From the human T2T-CHM13v2.0 reference genome, Homo sapiens, in the NCBI RefSeq assembly GCF_009914755.1, contig NC_060947.1: 64,000 nt of DNA, one strand, 5' to 3'. Positions 1 through 14,879 of this stretch are shown in pieces (the stretch's first letter is position 1; the number at the start of each line of letters is the position of its first letter). A program made the translations under genes and the position numbers. The notes beneath the pieces are model-generated. The model did not search any database. It worked only from the letters and a program-made list of their open reading frames with translations, and was not told where the DNA came from.

Positions 1-21
1 GAGCCTCATTTCCCGATGGAC

Positions 22-63
22 ACATTCATTCACTTATTCAGAAAAAGGAGAAGGAAGGAAGGA

Positions 64-94
<31 letters not shown>

Positions 95-360
95 AGGGAA
101 AGAAGAAAGAGAGAGAGAAGGAAAGAAGAAAGAAAGAAAAAGGAAGAAAGAAAGAAAAAGAAAAAGAAAGAAAGAAAGAAAAAGAAAAAGAAAGAAAGGA
201 AAAGAAAAGAGAAAAGAAAAGAAAAAAGATCTTTATGGAGCACCTACCAGGTACCACACCTACGGTGTGCTAGACATCAGCAGCAGCAGCAGTGTAACAG
301 TGCAAAGGACAAAATCCCTGCCCTCAAGGGGCTCCCCTTCTGGTGAGGTGCTAGCCATGT
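22..360 (-). mobile_element. L2 3' end fragment interrupted by a GA-rich microsatellite
   Basis: cattcattcacttattca ... gagcacctac ... aaaatccctgccctcaagg resembles an antisense L2 3' end. Confidence 0.5.
41..228. repeat. Polypurine (GA/GAAA/GGAA)n simple repeat
   Basis: About 190 bp made up of A and G only. Confidence 0.95.
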
Positions 361-1803
361 GAATAAGCAGACTAGAATGGGACAGAGGGTACAGGGTTGT
401 GCCATGCCCTGTGCTCTGATGTGACTACTGGGCTCCTCAACAACTCCCACTGTCAAGCATTATATTCCAAGAGCACAGTGAAGGGTTAGGGACTAGAGAA
501 TTCTTACTTGCAATAAAAAGTCATTTTCCCTGCAAGGATTTCAATAAGAGAGATTTTTGGGAAAAAATAATAGCTATGGGTGTATTTGGCCATTGCAAAA
601 GATAATCAGCTGCTCCAAATGCATAGAACAGCCTTAAGTACCACAGGACCTGCCTTCAACAGCAAATACAGCCACAGTCAAGTTTGTGTGCCCTCGAGTT
701 TAATATGGTGTGATTGATAAACTGCACATAATTTAATAGTTTTTCAGGAAGAAAGAGAGAATCAGCAACATGGCATTGAAGGTACCCGTTGACAGTGACG
801 TGCATCACAGCATTAACAGGTGAGGAAAGCATGCGGCTCTGAAAACCCTCTCCTTGCAGCCCAGCTCACGACCCACAAAGGCCTGCGGTGAGGCCAGTCA
901 CTCTGCTAGCACAGCCAGTTTGTCTGTCAGTCACAGGCAACAGTCTTCCTCCTGCCCCCTCCCTGCCCCCATAGCCCCAGTTCCCAACTCTGATCATGTT
1001 ATAACCAAGAGCAAAATGTGATGCTTCTCTGTTCTGGCAGGAGAAATGCTTGTGTGTGCAAATGGGAGACAAAGGAAAGGGACCACCACATCCATGGAGT
1101 GCACCGCGTGAGAGAAATGCTCAGGAAGGGAATTGACCAGATTGGCTGTGGAGAGAAAAGAGAAGGAACATGGGAGGCAGAGGTATACCCAGGCTTCTGG
1201 CAGGTTACGGAGACCTGTACCCAGGAAAGAAACAACAGTCAGCAGGGGAGCTCCAGGTCTGGATCCGCCTTGAGCAGGGATCATTGTGTGTGCCTGAAGC
1301 TCCGTTTTCCATGGCCAGCTCTATTATGAGGGCTCAGGGGAGCTGGGTTAGGCTAGCCATGTCCCATTCCTGAAAGGCCAGCTCTGGGTCAGAAATGTGC
1401 CCTCTCTCTCCTAAAGCCCCAGAGACTGAGTGCTCCTTGTGCATCTCCCTAAATCCTGTTGTTTGTCCAGGCTCTAGCTGGGTCCCCCTTAGCAGCCCGC
1501 TCAGCAAGGCAGGCCTGGAGTCCCACCACTGGGGCTTCTCTCTCAGTTGGTTCCACCTCTCCTAGCTGAGCAACCAGGCTTTCACTGCTGAATGTCTGAG
1601 CCAGCTCCATCGTACAACAGGAGTGAGGGAAGTACCTGCTTCACAAGGTTGTCATAGCCATCAAATGGGATCACACTCTAAAGGCAGGTAGGGCAGTGCC
1701 TGCATGGCACTTGGTGGATGGTCAATAAGACTTTATCCTTCTTCCTTCATCTTCCTCTTCCTCCTTCCTGTTTCCCCTCCTCTCCTTGGTATTGTTGCTA
1801 TTT

Positions 1804-2275
1804 TGTATTGGTTTCTGTGCCTACTGTAACAAATTACCATAAACTTCGTGGCTTAAAACAGTGACAACTTATTCACTGATGCAGAAATGTATTTATTCAT
1901 TTATTCTCCAACAGTTCTGGAGGCCAGAAATCAGAAATCAAGGTGTCAGCAGTTCCAAGCTCCCTGCGAAGGCTCTAGGGGATAATCCTTCCTTGCTTCT
2001 TCCAGCTTCTGGTGGATCCAGGTGTTCCTTTGGCTTGTGGCCGTATCACTCCAACCTCTGGCTCCATCTTCACCCTTACCTACTTCCCTGTGTATCTTGA
2101 ATCTCCTGCCACTCTCTTATAATGACACGTCATTGGATTTAGTGCCTATTTGGATAATCTGGGATGGTATCTCAAGATCCTTAATTACATCTGCAAAGAC
2201 CTTTTGCCAAATAAGGTCATATTCACAGGTGCCAGGTAGACATATCTTTGTGGGGCCACCATTCAATATACTACA
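1804..2275 (-). mobile_element. MaLR solo LTR, MLT1C-like
   Basis: tgtattggtttc..ctgtaacaaattaccataaac..ggcttaaaaca start; ataaggtcatattcacagg..caccattcaatatactaca end. Confidence 0.85.
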
Positions 2276-5200
2276 GTATGAATATTAGGTTTTCTTGTCA
2301 TCCCCAGATTCTCAGGCCCAGCCACCTGCATTTTCCCTGAGCTGAGCCTCTTCAGAACACTCATGGAGCTACGTGCCTATGGCCACAGTGGGAAGCAAGA
2401 CCACAGCTTGTATCAGGTCTCCAGAACTTGTGGCACAGGGCCTTGGCAATCAGGTGACCCAAGCCTTTTACTGGCCTAGCAGGGGAAACTAAGCACCGCC
2501 CCCTGTTCCCACGCAGGAGACAGTAAGTCTCATGCTCTTTCCTGCTTGCTTTCAGCAGGTATCTAGAGGGCATCTCCCATAGGTCCAGCCCAGCCTGACT
2601 GCTGGGACACAGTGTTATTAATTAATTAATAACCAAAACCTCCTAGGCATCTCCCTGGCAGCCCCAAGGCCATCTTCCTGCCCCTGCCCTCAGGGCTCCA
2701 CAGGCTTTGCTAAGGGCATGCAAACAGGCTCTCCCATTGCCGAGTGGACTGGGGCCACAGTGGGCCCTAAAGCACAGAGGGTGGGAAGAGCTTATCCTAG
2801 CCTTGGAGCTAAAGTCCTGGATTCAAATCCTGAGGACCATGTCTGTCACCTTAGACCATGCCCTCAAGGTAAAATAGCAGCTGTGAGCCCTGATGAGGTT
2901 GTGAAGCCCATACAGGGAGGGGAGTGCAAGCATTTTACAACCTGCAAAGGGCCATGCAGGAGACAGTCTTAAGAGATGCCAGGCCACTCTTCCCACCTGC
3001 ATAGCCTAGGGGCTGGGATTGACCTTTCTCCTGCATCAGACAGGACAAACAAATGCCCCCCATGCTGGGAAAAGCCAGGACTCTGAGAGAAAGGCAGACC
3101 TTGAGGGCGGGGATGGGAGGATGCCCGTGCAAAGCTTAGCCCCCCTCCTCACACTTTTCTAAGAACGCAGTGATGGAACAGAACAAGAGAAAGACCATGT
3201 CTTTCACCAAAGGGGGGAGGGGACAACCCAGTGACCAATTTCAGTGATTAGCTGCAAGAAGAGGGTCCTTTATTCCAGGCGTGTGTATGCCTTTTAATTT
3301 CCTCTTGTGGGCTCCTGAGGGGGCCCAGTAACCGTGCAATTGGTATTCCTCTCCAGCCTTGGAGGATGCGGGCACTCTCTCGGAGATGGCTCCAGGTGGC
3401 ACAGAGTGCCACCTGCACTCCCAGCTTCCCGATTAACTACTCTGCAGCAGACCTCCACAGGGCGATGAAGGGGAGGTGATAAGCTGGCCCAGCTCTGCCC
3501 TGGAGCCCAGGTGGGTCTTCTCCCGCCCGGAGGCAGCAGCGGCAGCATTAGGGAGGTGCGAGTTGACCCTACCTCCTACCTGCTTTGTGCTAAACCAAAA
3601 CAAAAACCGGTGTCAAAGGGGCTTGGCCCCCTTCAGCAATTGAAGGCATAGAAGTTACACACCGGGCCAATTAGGGAGTGGAAATTTGCATTACAAGAAG
3701 ACCCTTTGCTTCACAAAAGTAGTTCTCATAAGATTGCAATAGATGGCACCCAGGGGGGTTAAAGATTCAATTTTCAAAACCGAGTTTTGCCCACAACTCT
3801 TTCGCAGCACGTTCTGTTGTGGAAAACCAGTCTCCAGACTGACTTTTGACCAGCCTTCCAGCCCCAAGATTTGTTGTTTACCAAAGGATACATGCCATCC
3901 TTATACTATCTCATACTCAACCCCCTTCTTTGCTATGCCCGGGGCAATTGCTCCAAAACAGATATGGCTCCTCCCAGGCTGGCACCTGGCTCCCGGAGGT
4001 AGTCACAGTGGACAAGTATCTAGGCCTGGGGTGGAGAGTACGAGCTAGACCTGAGTCCCAGTCCTGCTGAGCCATCTCAAGTTGCAGGGCCTGTCCCCTC
4101 TTTCAGGCCTGAGTGTCCACATTTATAGAACAAGGGAAGGTTGATAGAAGAATCTCCCAAAGTGTTTTTCATTCTAGGAGTTCATTCCTAGGCATTGCTG
4201 GGTGGCCCTGGGGATACTCTTGACCTATGAAGTAAGATAGGGACATTGCCTTAGATAACGCCAATAATAATACACAGGGGAAAATCCAAATGCCTGCGTG
4301 CAAGTACTTTAGCCCTTGTACCATTTACAGATGCTGAAGGTGCAGCGGTGGGGATGGCCTGTGTCCCTACAGAAAGCACATCTTACAAGTCACACGCCTC
4401 ACCATCTAAGTGCTCAGCTTTCTGAAACCTGCTCATTCAGAACATATGAACCTCATGCTGTGGTATTCCAGGTCTCAGCTTGGCAAGCTCAATGATGTTT
4501 TCATTCCAATCAGTGCTGAATACAAACAGACCCTTATCCCTAAATTGTGAAATTTAGAGAAAAGTAGAGTCTCAAGGTGCAAAATTTGAACCTCACAAAA
4601 TTTAACTAAACCGAAGTTTGGGATATAGTAAGAGCTCAAGGAAATGGCTTCTAATTGCTCATTGGGAATAGATTTTTGAGATTAAAACAAATTTTTCAAA
4701 CCTGTCCAGACTCAGAGGCTTGGGAGTGAACAGTTGTCACTTAACTTTATGGCAGTGGTGGCTGGAAGCTCGCCCACCCTGATTCTTTGTTCTCCCTCCC
4801 ATAATTGCTCAAACTGAGAGGTCTGTAGGCACCTTAAGGATTCAAAGTGATTTGTGAAAGTTGTAAAGTCCAAGCCTCAACTAGAGAGTTGTTCTTGGAG
4901 GTAGGAAGTTTGAGGGACTTAAAATGAACTGGGGGGAAAAAGGCAACAGAGGAAGAGTGAGAACAGAGAGAGAGAAAGGCTCAGAGGAAGGAAGATAGGG
5001 GAGGGGGGGAGAGAAGGAGAGAGAGAACGTGAACATTTCCTGGTGATTTTAATTTTCACATCACAAAACACCGCACGTCTGTCAACCGTTATATTTCCTG
5101 TGCAGCCTTCTGTGACCACATGGAGTACCTCAGGGAGGGAAGAAAATAGAATTCATTCCTTTCTACCCCCAGCCTGATCTGCCCACAGCTGTTTGGGCAC

Positions 5201-5577
5201 AAGGGAAGGAGGGTAGAGCTCTGGAAAATTGCCAAGAGCGCCTCCTCTCTCCAAGGGGAATGACCAATTTTCACCGCCACTGGAAGGGTGTGAGCTGTCC
5301 CAAACTGCCCTCTGGGATTATGCTTACTCGGTTCCACAGGAACATTTAGAGAGACAGAGGTTGCCTTGGGTTATCAGGGCCACAGGCTTCCTGGGTCTGC
5401 TTTTGGCACCTAGGATTCCATGAAGAGGGACTGACAGAACCTGAGAGCTGAAAAGCACCTCAAGAAGTCATCGGTCCAGTCTTGCCTCTAAGGACTCTCC
5501 ATCTCAATCAGCAGGACCCTCACCCAGTCAGCAATGGATCAAACGTCCCAGCTTCTGGGGCCAAAGACAGGCCTCTG

Positions 5578-5657
5578 CCTCCATGCTCCTAGTCCCTTCC
5601 TTGAAGCGGTCGGATAATCACATGACGAGCCTCAAGCAAGGGACTTCAAGCTGGTGG
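5578..5657 (+). ncRNA. MIR2114: microRNA precursor hsa-mir-2114 (5p 5590-5611 UAGUCCCUUCCUUGAAGCGGUC; 3p 5626-5646 CGAGCCUCAAGCAAGGGACUU)
   Basis: The stem is visible: AGTCCCTT (5591-5598) pairs with AAGGGACT (5638-5645), and CTTGA with TCAAG. The 80-nt sequence and both mature arms match my recollection of the miRBase mir-2114 entry. Confidence 0.9.
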
Positions 5658-5837
5658 CTTCCAGCAGCTAGCTTCCTGCTTCCGAACCATCATTGCCTCC
5701 TATTGAAGTCCTCCCATCCTCCACTCCCACATCTATCCAGGCCCTGGGAAACTTTGCCAAGAAGCAGATGATGGCGTCTGCCTTTGCCTGGGTGATGAGA
5801 TGACTGGCTTCTGTCCCAGTTCTGCCACTCACCAGAT

Positions 5838-6482
5838 GGATCAGTTTCTCATTGCTGTTATAACAAATTACCACCAACATAGTGGCTTAAAACAATGCAA
5901 ATTTACTATTATACTTTTGGAGGTCAGAGGTCCAAAACAAATCAGTTTCACTGGCCTAAAATCAAGGTGTCAACAGGGCTGGATGCTTTTGGAGGCTCTG
6001 AGGGGAGAATCCATTACTTTGCCTTTTTCAGGTTGGCCACCTGTATTCCTTGGCTCATCACCCCCTCCTCCATCTTCAAAGCACATCGTTTCAATCTCTT
6101 TCTTAAGGTATCTTGCGGAGGAGGTCCCAGAGGCACCAAAGGGGTGACAAGCACAGATTGCTTTAACTGCTACTCAGAGAATGACTCTGCGCCAAGCCCT
6201 GTGCTGAAGGCTTTACACTCACAATCCTTGATATACACATGGAGCTCTTGTCATCACATCCCTTTTTCTTCTGTCTGTGCCAAATCTCCTTCTGCCTTCC
6301 TCTTATAAGGACACTTGTGATTGCATTCACAGCCTTCCCAGATAATCTAGGACAACCTTCTCACTTCAAGATCCTTAACTTAATTACATACGCAAAGTCC
6401 CTTTTGCCATATAAAGTCATATTCACAGGTTCCAGGGGTTAGGATGTGGACATCTTTGTGGGCCATTATTTAGCCTACCATA
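5838..6482 (-). mobile_element. MaLR solo LTR, MLT1C/D-like, interrupted at 6101-6247 by non-LTR sequence
   Basis: tcagtttctcattgctgttataacaaattaccac.. ; cctcttataaggacacttgtgattgc ; ggggttaggatgtggacatctttg..gcctaccata. Confidence 0.85.
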
Positions 6483-7110
6483 CCAGTAATAGGTCTTTGG
6501 CAAGTAAAGTCACCTCACCTCTCTGAACCTTACTTTCCTCATTTGTTCAGAGGGGAGAAGACTCCTGCCCTGCTGACTTCCTGGGCGCCCTAGGAGGTTC
6601 CAGTAAGAGAGTGAATGTGATGACATTGTATGCTGTTGAGTGAACACCAGAATAAGTGCTGAGCCTGGTTCTTGTTGCCCTTCTTATGAAGCTGTGGTCC
6701 CCTCAGTTCAGTCACCCAGTGCTATCTTCCTCTCTGGAGCCTTTCCTCTGTGGCCTTTTCCAGGCATGTCTTGATGAATGTACTCCAAGTTAAATGTGTC
6801 ACTAAGCCAACTGGCTCCTCCTACCCTCTCCCAATGATTGAGCGTATAGAGTGGCTATGCTGACTTTGGATCCCAGGCACTGGCAAGTGAACACCTTAGT
6901 TGGTTAAAATATCCCTTCCCACTCTGCTGTGTTATGGTTTCAGTGAGACCCATGTGTATATGAAGAAGATTGTGAGTGTAGAGCCCTCAGCACAGGGCTT
7001 GGCACAGAGTTGTTGTTCTCTGAGTGGCAGTTAAAAATGTCTGTGCTTGTTGCCCCTTTTGGTGCCTCTGGGACCATCCTTTACCCCCTCCTCTGCAAGA
7101 TACCTTAAGA
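6101..7110. repeat. Diverged inverted repeat: arm A 6101-6247, arm B 6945-7110
   Basis: The reverse complement of A (ccatgtgtata..gattgtgagtgtaaagccttcagcacagggcttggc..ggtgcctctgggacc..gcaagataccttaaga) aligns end to end with B, with 19 nt of indels. Confidence 0.92.
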
Positions 7111-8356
7111 CCACAGCTAGCAGTCACAGCAGCAAGTGCAAGCACCTTTTGACATTTATGCCATCCTGGCCCTCTGCCAGTTGCTATCCATATCACTTTG
7201 GTTGGCCAAGCCCCATTGTCAGCCTCAGCTGGCCAGCATTCTTGGAGACAGGTCACAGTTTGTTCAACAGCTGATAAGAGGTGTGTAAGGGGCATCAAAG
7301 GCTCTGAATGGAGAGGTGGAAAAAGCCCCTGGGTGCATGGCCCTGGATGACTCTTGGGGTTTAGAAGAGACCACGGAGATGACCAATGACCAACAAGCTT
7401 TCAAAGGGAAATGCTTGCCTCTACCAAACTCAGGGGAAGTCATATCTTCTATCACCCCAGGCGGGGGGCTTCAGTTAAGCTTGTGAGAAGCTGAGAGCAG
7501 AAAGACCTTTTCTGAACCTGATGTTCCCACCCCTCATCATGCCACTGTGGAGACAGGATCTACAGGGAACAGGGAGAACTTGGCCATTATTTCCCAAGAC
7601 AGCCAGGCTGGCAGCTTCCACTACAGGTGCTGCTCTTCTCATTCCTGATCTTCTGAGCACACCATCATTCCCCAGGGCCTTCCACAGCCATCTTCTCTGC
7701 TGGGGTGTCCCATAACCTTTTTATGAGTCCCAGATGACCTTGATTCCAAAACCTGACAAGGATATTGCAAGAAATGAACATTATAGACCAATTCCTCTCA
7801 TGAACATAGTTCCACAAACTCTTAAGATATTAGCAAACCAAATCCAATACATATACACATACAATATTTATTGTTACATTTATATATATACATATAACAC
7901 ATACATACATGAATATAAATACATATCTCCCTTCCCTTTCCATTAATATGTATGTGCATATATATATATATATGTATGTCCAGTCATATATATTCATATA
8001 TGTTCATTGTCCCATTCATGTGTGTATGTGCAGACAGAGAGGACTTCATCTTCATAGTTCTTCTGGTATTTTCAGGGTTCACCTCCCAAATAAATTATTT
8101 GTACTCCAATTCCTGACCTAGTATCAGCTTCTGGGGAAATACAATCTAATTCAACAACTAATTAAGGTTTATTGTAGGCATGTGAGATGTGAGGGTGGTT
8201 AACTATTTAGAAAATCAACCAATGGGATTAATCTTATTAACAAAGAAAAAGGAGGAAGTCATACAATTATTTGAATTGGTGCAGAAAAGCATTTGAGAAC
8301 ATTCAACAGCCATCCTTAATAAAACACCAAAAAACAAACAAAAATCTCTTAGAAAA

Positions 8357-8368
8357 CTAAGAAGGGAA

Positions 8369-8374
<6 letters not shown>
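8357..8374. repeat. TSD of the XRCC6 retrocopy (ctaagaagggaactttct); second copy at 10481-10498
   Basis: Exact 18-bp direct repeat on both sides of the retrocopy. Confidence 0.95.
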
Positions 8375-10480
<2,106 letters not shown>

Positions 10481-11913
10481 CTAAGAAGGGAACTTTCTGA
10501 TCTGATAAGGAGAAGTCACACACAAAAAAACCCTACAGCAGCCATCGTAATTAACAGTGAAGTATTAAAATCCTTCGTCATAGATTGAGAATGAGAAAGC
10601 GTTTCCTACTATTACCACTTCTGTTTCATGTTATATCAGAGGTCCAATGTAGTTCAATAATCTAAGGAAATGGGAGAAAAGCATAAGGATCAGAATAGAA
10701 TACATAAATCTATTATTCACAAACTACATGATTGGGTCCATAAGAAATCCAATAAAATCCATAGACAAACTATTAGAATTAATAAGTGAATTTAGCAAGG
10801 CAGTGGGATACAAAGTAAACATATTTAAAAATCATTTGCATTTTATATATTAGCAACAAAAAGACAAAATAAATTTATAAAAGATTTCATTTATAATAAC
10901 ATCAGAAAACACCAAATACCTAGAAATAAATCTAAGGTGTGCAAGATCTCTACACTGAAAACAAGAAAACACTGAAAGAAATTAAAGAAAATCTAAATAA
11001 AAGGAGGGATGTGCTATTAGTCATGTATTGGAAGACTAAATACTGTAAAGATCTCAATTTTCTCCAAGTTAATACATAGATTTGACACAATCCCAATAAA
11101 AATTCAAGCAGGCTTAAAAAAACTTTTAATACTAACAGATATTAAGAATGCTGTAATAAATAAGACAGTATGATATTGGTGCAAGGACATTCAATTTGAA
11201 AATGTAACAGAATAGAGTTCAGAAATGGACCCACATATATATGGTCACTTGCTTTATGAAAAAAAATTACATTTTCATAAATTATTGTGGGTCAATTGAA
11301 TATCACATAGAAAAAAATATATCGTGACTCCTAGTTCATATCATACACCCAAACCAATTCTAGGTGATGTGTAAAAGGTAAAAAGTAAATATTTTATAGA
11401 AAACATAGGAGAATATCTTCATGACCTTGAAGTAGGCAAAGACCTTAAATGAGATGCGAAACACATTAATAATATTTTTAAAAATGCATTAGACTACATT
11501 AAAATCAACAACTTTTATTTATCAAAAAACATTGAGTGGAAGAAGGTCATCCTTAAGGGGAAGAAGACATTTATAGTATATATTCAGATTCCTTGCCAAA
11601 TTTTCTATTGGGATTTCTGTCTTTTTCACATTGATTTGTAAAAATTCTTTATATACAATATATATTATGTATTCCAGATAGTTATTTGAGATGTATGTCT
11701 CTGGCAGTGCCTCCAGAGACATATATCTTAAAGAACTATTCAAACATGTAAAGAATTCCTACAAATAAAAAAAAGACTGACATCCCAATAGAAAGCTTGG
11801 CAAAGGGCCCAAATGAACATTTCTCAAAAGAAGTTATCTAAATGGCCAAAAGATGCTTAACCTCAGGAGTCATCAGAGAAATGCACTTTAAAACCACAAT
11901 GCAATACCACTAC

Positions 11914-12317
11914 TGTAGTGAATTCTGTAGTGTGCTTCCCAAATTCCTCCTCCACAAATCAGGACTGAAGTACTCATCTCGCTGACTCCTGTAAGTGTCG
12001 ATTACTGACAGCTCACAGCCTAGTTCCTCCTCCTGCTGGGGAGGTCTGCATCCAATGACTGGTTGATATGAGGTATAAAGGCTCAGTCCCCTGCCCAAAT
12101 CTGAGGCAATTCTGAAGGGTCATCCCAGCTTCAGAGTTCTCCATGGCACTGGCCAAGGTCTTTGTTATGACTGCATCATGGTCCAACCTCTACGCCTGCC
12201 TAATCCTGCTTTCTCCACTTGCTCAAAGATACTGTTCCTAAGAGCACTCCCCAGTAAACTTTCTGCACACTAATATTTATCTTATAGTCCACTTTCCTAG
12301 GAACGCAACCCAGGGTG
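11914..12317 (+). mobile_element. ERVL-class solo LTR (LTR16-like) inserted in the L1M
   Basis: Starts tgtagtg; contains tctgaagggtcatcccagcttcagag and agtaaactttctgcacac..cctaggaacgcaacc; 5-bp TSD actac at 11909-11913 and 12318-12322. Confidence 0.65.
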
Positions 12318-12664
12318 ACTACATATCCGCCAGAAAGACTAAAAGAAAAAAGATAGACAATACCATGTGTTGGTGAGGATGTGGACCAACCAGAATGCTC
12401 ATATATGAATGTAGACTAAGTAGAATGCTCATGTACTGTGGGTAAATTGTACAACGGCTTTGGAAATCACTGTGGCAATATAGCTGTATCTACTATAGCT
12501 GAACATACATACATGACCGAACAATTCCACTACTAAGCACTATAACACACAGAAAGACATATATATTCACCAATAGATATGTACACAAATGTTTGTAACA
12601 GCATTGCTCGATACAATGCCGTCCAAACTAGAAGCAACTCAAATGCCCATCAAGATTTGAATGG

Positions 12665-13009
12665 AGCCAGGCACAGTGGCTCACACGCCCATCAAGATTC
12701 GAACACAGCCAGGTGCAGTGGTTCACACCTTAATCCCAGCATCTTGAGAGGCCGAGGCAGGAGGATTGCTTGAGCCCGGGAGTTTGAGACCAGTCTGGGC
12801 AACATGGCGAGACCCTGTCTCTACAAATAATAATAAAAATATTATCCAGGCATAGTGGCATGTGCCTGACATGTCCCAGCTACTCAGGAAGCTGAGATGG
12901 GAGGATTGCTTGAGCCTGGGAAGTCACAGCTGCAGTGAGCCGTGATCATACCACTGCACTGCAACCTGGGTAACAGAGCAACACCCTGTCTAAAAAAAAA
13001 AAAAAAAAA
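12665..13009 (+). mobile_element. AluJ with a duplicated 5' junction
   Basis: gaggattgcttgagccc in both arms and ctgggcaacatggcgagaccctgtctctac; A-tail. Confidence 0.9.
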
Positions 13010-13102
13010 GTGGAATGGATAAATAAATTGTGGCATATTCACATACAAATCTCACAAACATAATATTGAGTAAAAGAAGCTGGACATAAAAAGGGAAGTT
13101 CT

Positions 13103-13397
13103 GGCTGGGTGCGGTGGCTCACGCCTGTAATCCCAGCACTTTGGGAGGCCGAGGCGGGTGGATCACGAGGTCAGGAGATCGACACCATCCTGGCTAACAC
13201 AGTGAAACCCCGTCTCTACTGAAAATACAAAAAAATTAGCCAGGTATGGTGGCGGGCGCCTGTAGTCCCAGCTACTCGGGAGGCTGAGGCAGGAGAATGG
13301 TGTGAACCCGAGAGGCAGAGCTTGCAAGTGAGCCGAGATCACTCCACTGCATTCCAGCCTGGGCCACAAAGCGAGACTCCGTCTCAAAAAAACAAAG
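13103..13397 (+). mobile_element. AluY
   Basis: ggatcacgaggtcaggagatcga, ccatcctggctaacac, ggagaatggtgtgaaccc, gagcttgca. Confidence 0.9.
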
Positions 13398-13678
13398 GGG
13401 GGGGGGGAATTCTGTCTGATTCTGATTCCATCTACGTAAAATATAAAAATAAACAAAACCAGTAGAAATCAGGATAGTGGTTACTATCGTGGGGCAATAG
13501 TGACTATGAGGAGCACTCTGGGGGTTTCTGGAGAGTGCTAGTTTTCTGTTTGGTGATCTGGGTTCTGGTTACAGTGTGCTCACATTGTGGAATTCATCAA
13601 CTTGTATGTGCATGATCTGGGCACTTCCTTGCATATAACACTTCAATAAAACAATTTCCCAAATTGCAAAGAACACAT

Positions 13679-13680
<2 letters not shown>

Positions 13681-13709
<29 letters not shown>
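13681..13709. repeat. (CA)n microsatellite
   Basis: Read directly. Confidence 0.95.
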
Positions 13710-13710
<1 letters not shown>

Positions 13711-14879
13711 CTAGAAACTAGCAAAGTCAGAGTCCCTGAGGTTGCCTTTCAATTGTTAACATCCAATATGGTGTCTCTTCTCCTTCCTTCCCTCCTCCAG
13801 CCCTCATTCATTTATGTAGCTAGTTGAGTTGTGGTTAGGCCAAAGTTTTAAATGTATCATTTTTCAGGACAAGCCAACTCCAGCATCTGAGAATGCCTAG
13901 GCTCCTTGCTCTATGCACCTTGACTCCTGGGGCCCGAATTGCACTTTGGCAGTGCAGTAGCCTGGCTGGATGAGGGTTGTGGAGGACACTTGAACAAAAT
14001 CAGAAGTTTCATACTCATCTGCCTTGGCCTATTGATGGGCAGTGTGGGGGCAGGCATGGCTTTGTCATTACTGAGTGGGTGGCAGCTTGGGAGGGGAGAC
14101 AGTTTTCCTTGATGAGTCAGTTGAGATACAAACAGGGCACTTGGTGTTGATGAAAATAAAAAGCCTTCTTCCCTGCCTGTTACAAAGGTTCAGCGGGTAT
14201 GCTCCTTGATAAATGGTCACAGTAATGAAATTCACACTCTTTAATCACAAGGGCTATAACTTAATTAAAAACACATCGAGGATTGATTTGGGTTGGAGAG
14301 TTCTCCTGGTTCCTTGGCTTTATTAAATTCAGTGTTTCTTTGCTCGGCCTCATCTGACATGCTTATATACAGAAGTCGATGGCTGAGGAGCTGTCACTGT
14401 CCTAAAGGGATGAACCTAGCTTTGGGGCCCTGAGCAGACCAGGTTGAAGGGAGATAGGGGCCAGCGTACCCAAAAAGGGGGCCCAGACCTGCAGCCCTTC
14501 TGTGCTTTTGCCTGCAGCATCACCAGGCTGACTATAAGGAGTCCTCACTGTTCTGAGTTCAAGTTGGGGCTCTCCTTGAGCCAACTGACTCAGGTCTGTC
14601 AGGGGAGATCTGATGTTGGGGTAGCCTGGCTGGGAGAGAAGTCCCGGTGAGACCACCAGCACCACTGGGCACATAGCAGAAGCTCAGGAATTACTGGGTA
14701 ATTGAAAAAAGCAGTAACAATAGCTTCCATTCATCTCATTGAGTGCCCACAGCTGACTTGTGAGATAGAAACTGTTGTTGTCCCCATTTTACATATGTGG
14801 AAAGCAAGGAAGAAGAATGTGGCGTTAAATGAATTACCCAGAGGGCTGTGGGATGTGAGGGCCTTGGCAGACACCATGC

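Noticed and set aside
16-273. K/E/R-rich ORF
   Set aside because: Translation of the GA microsatellite.
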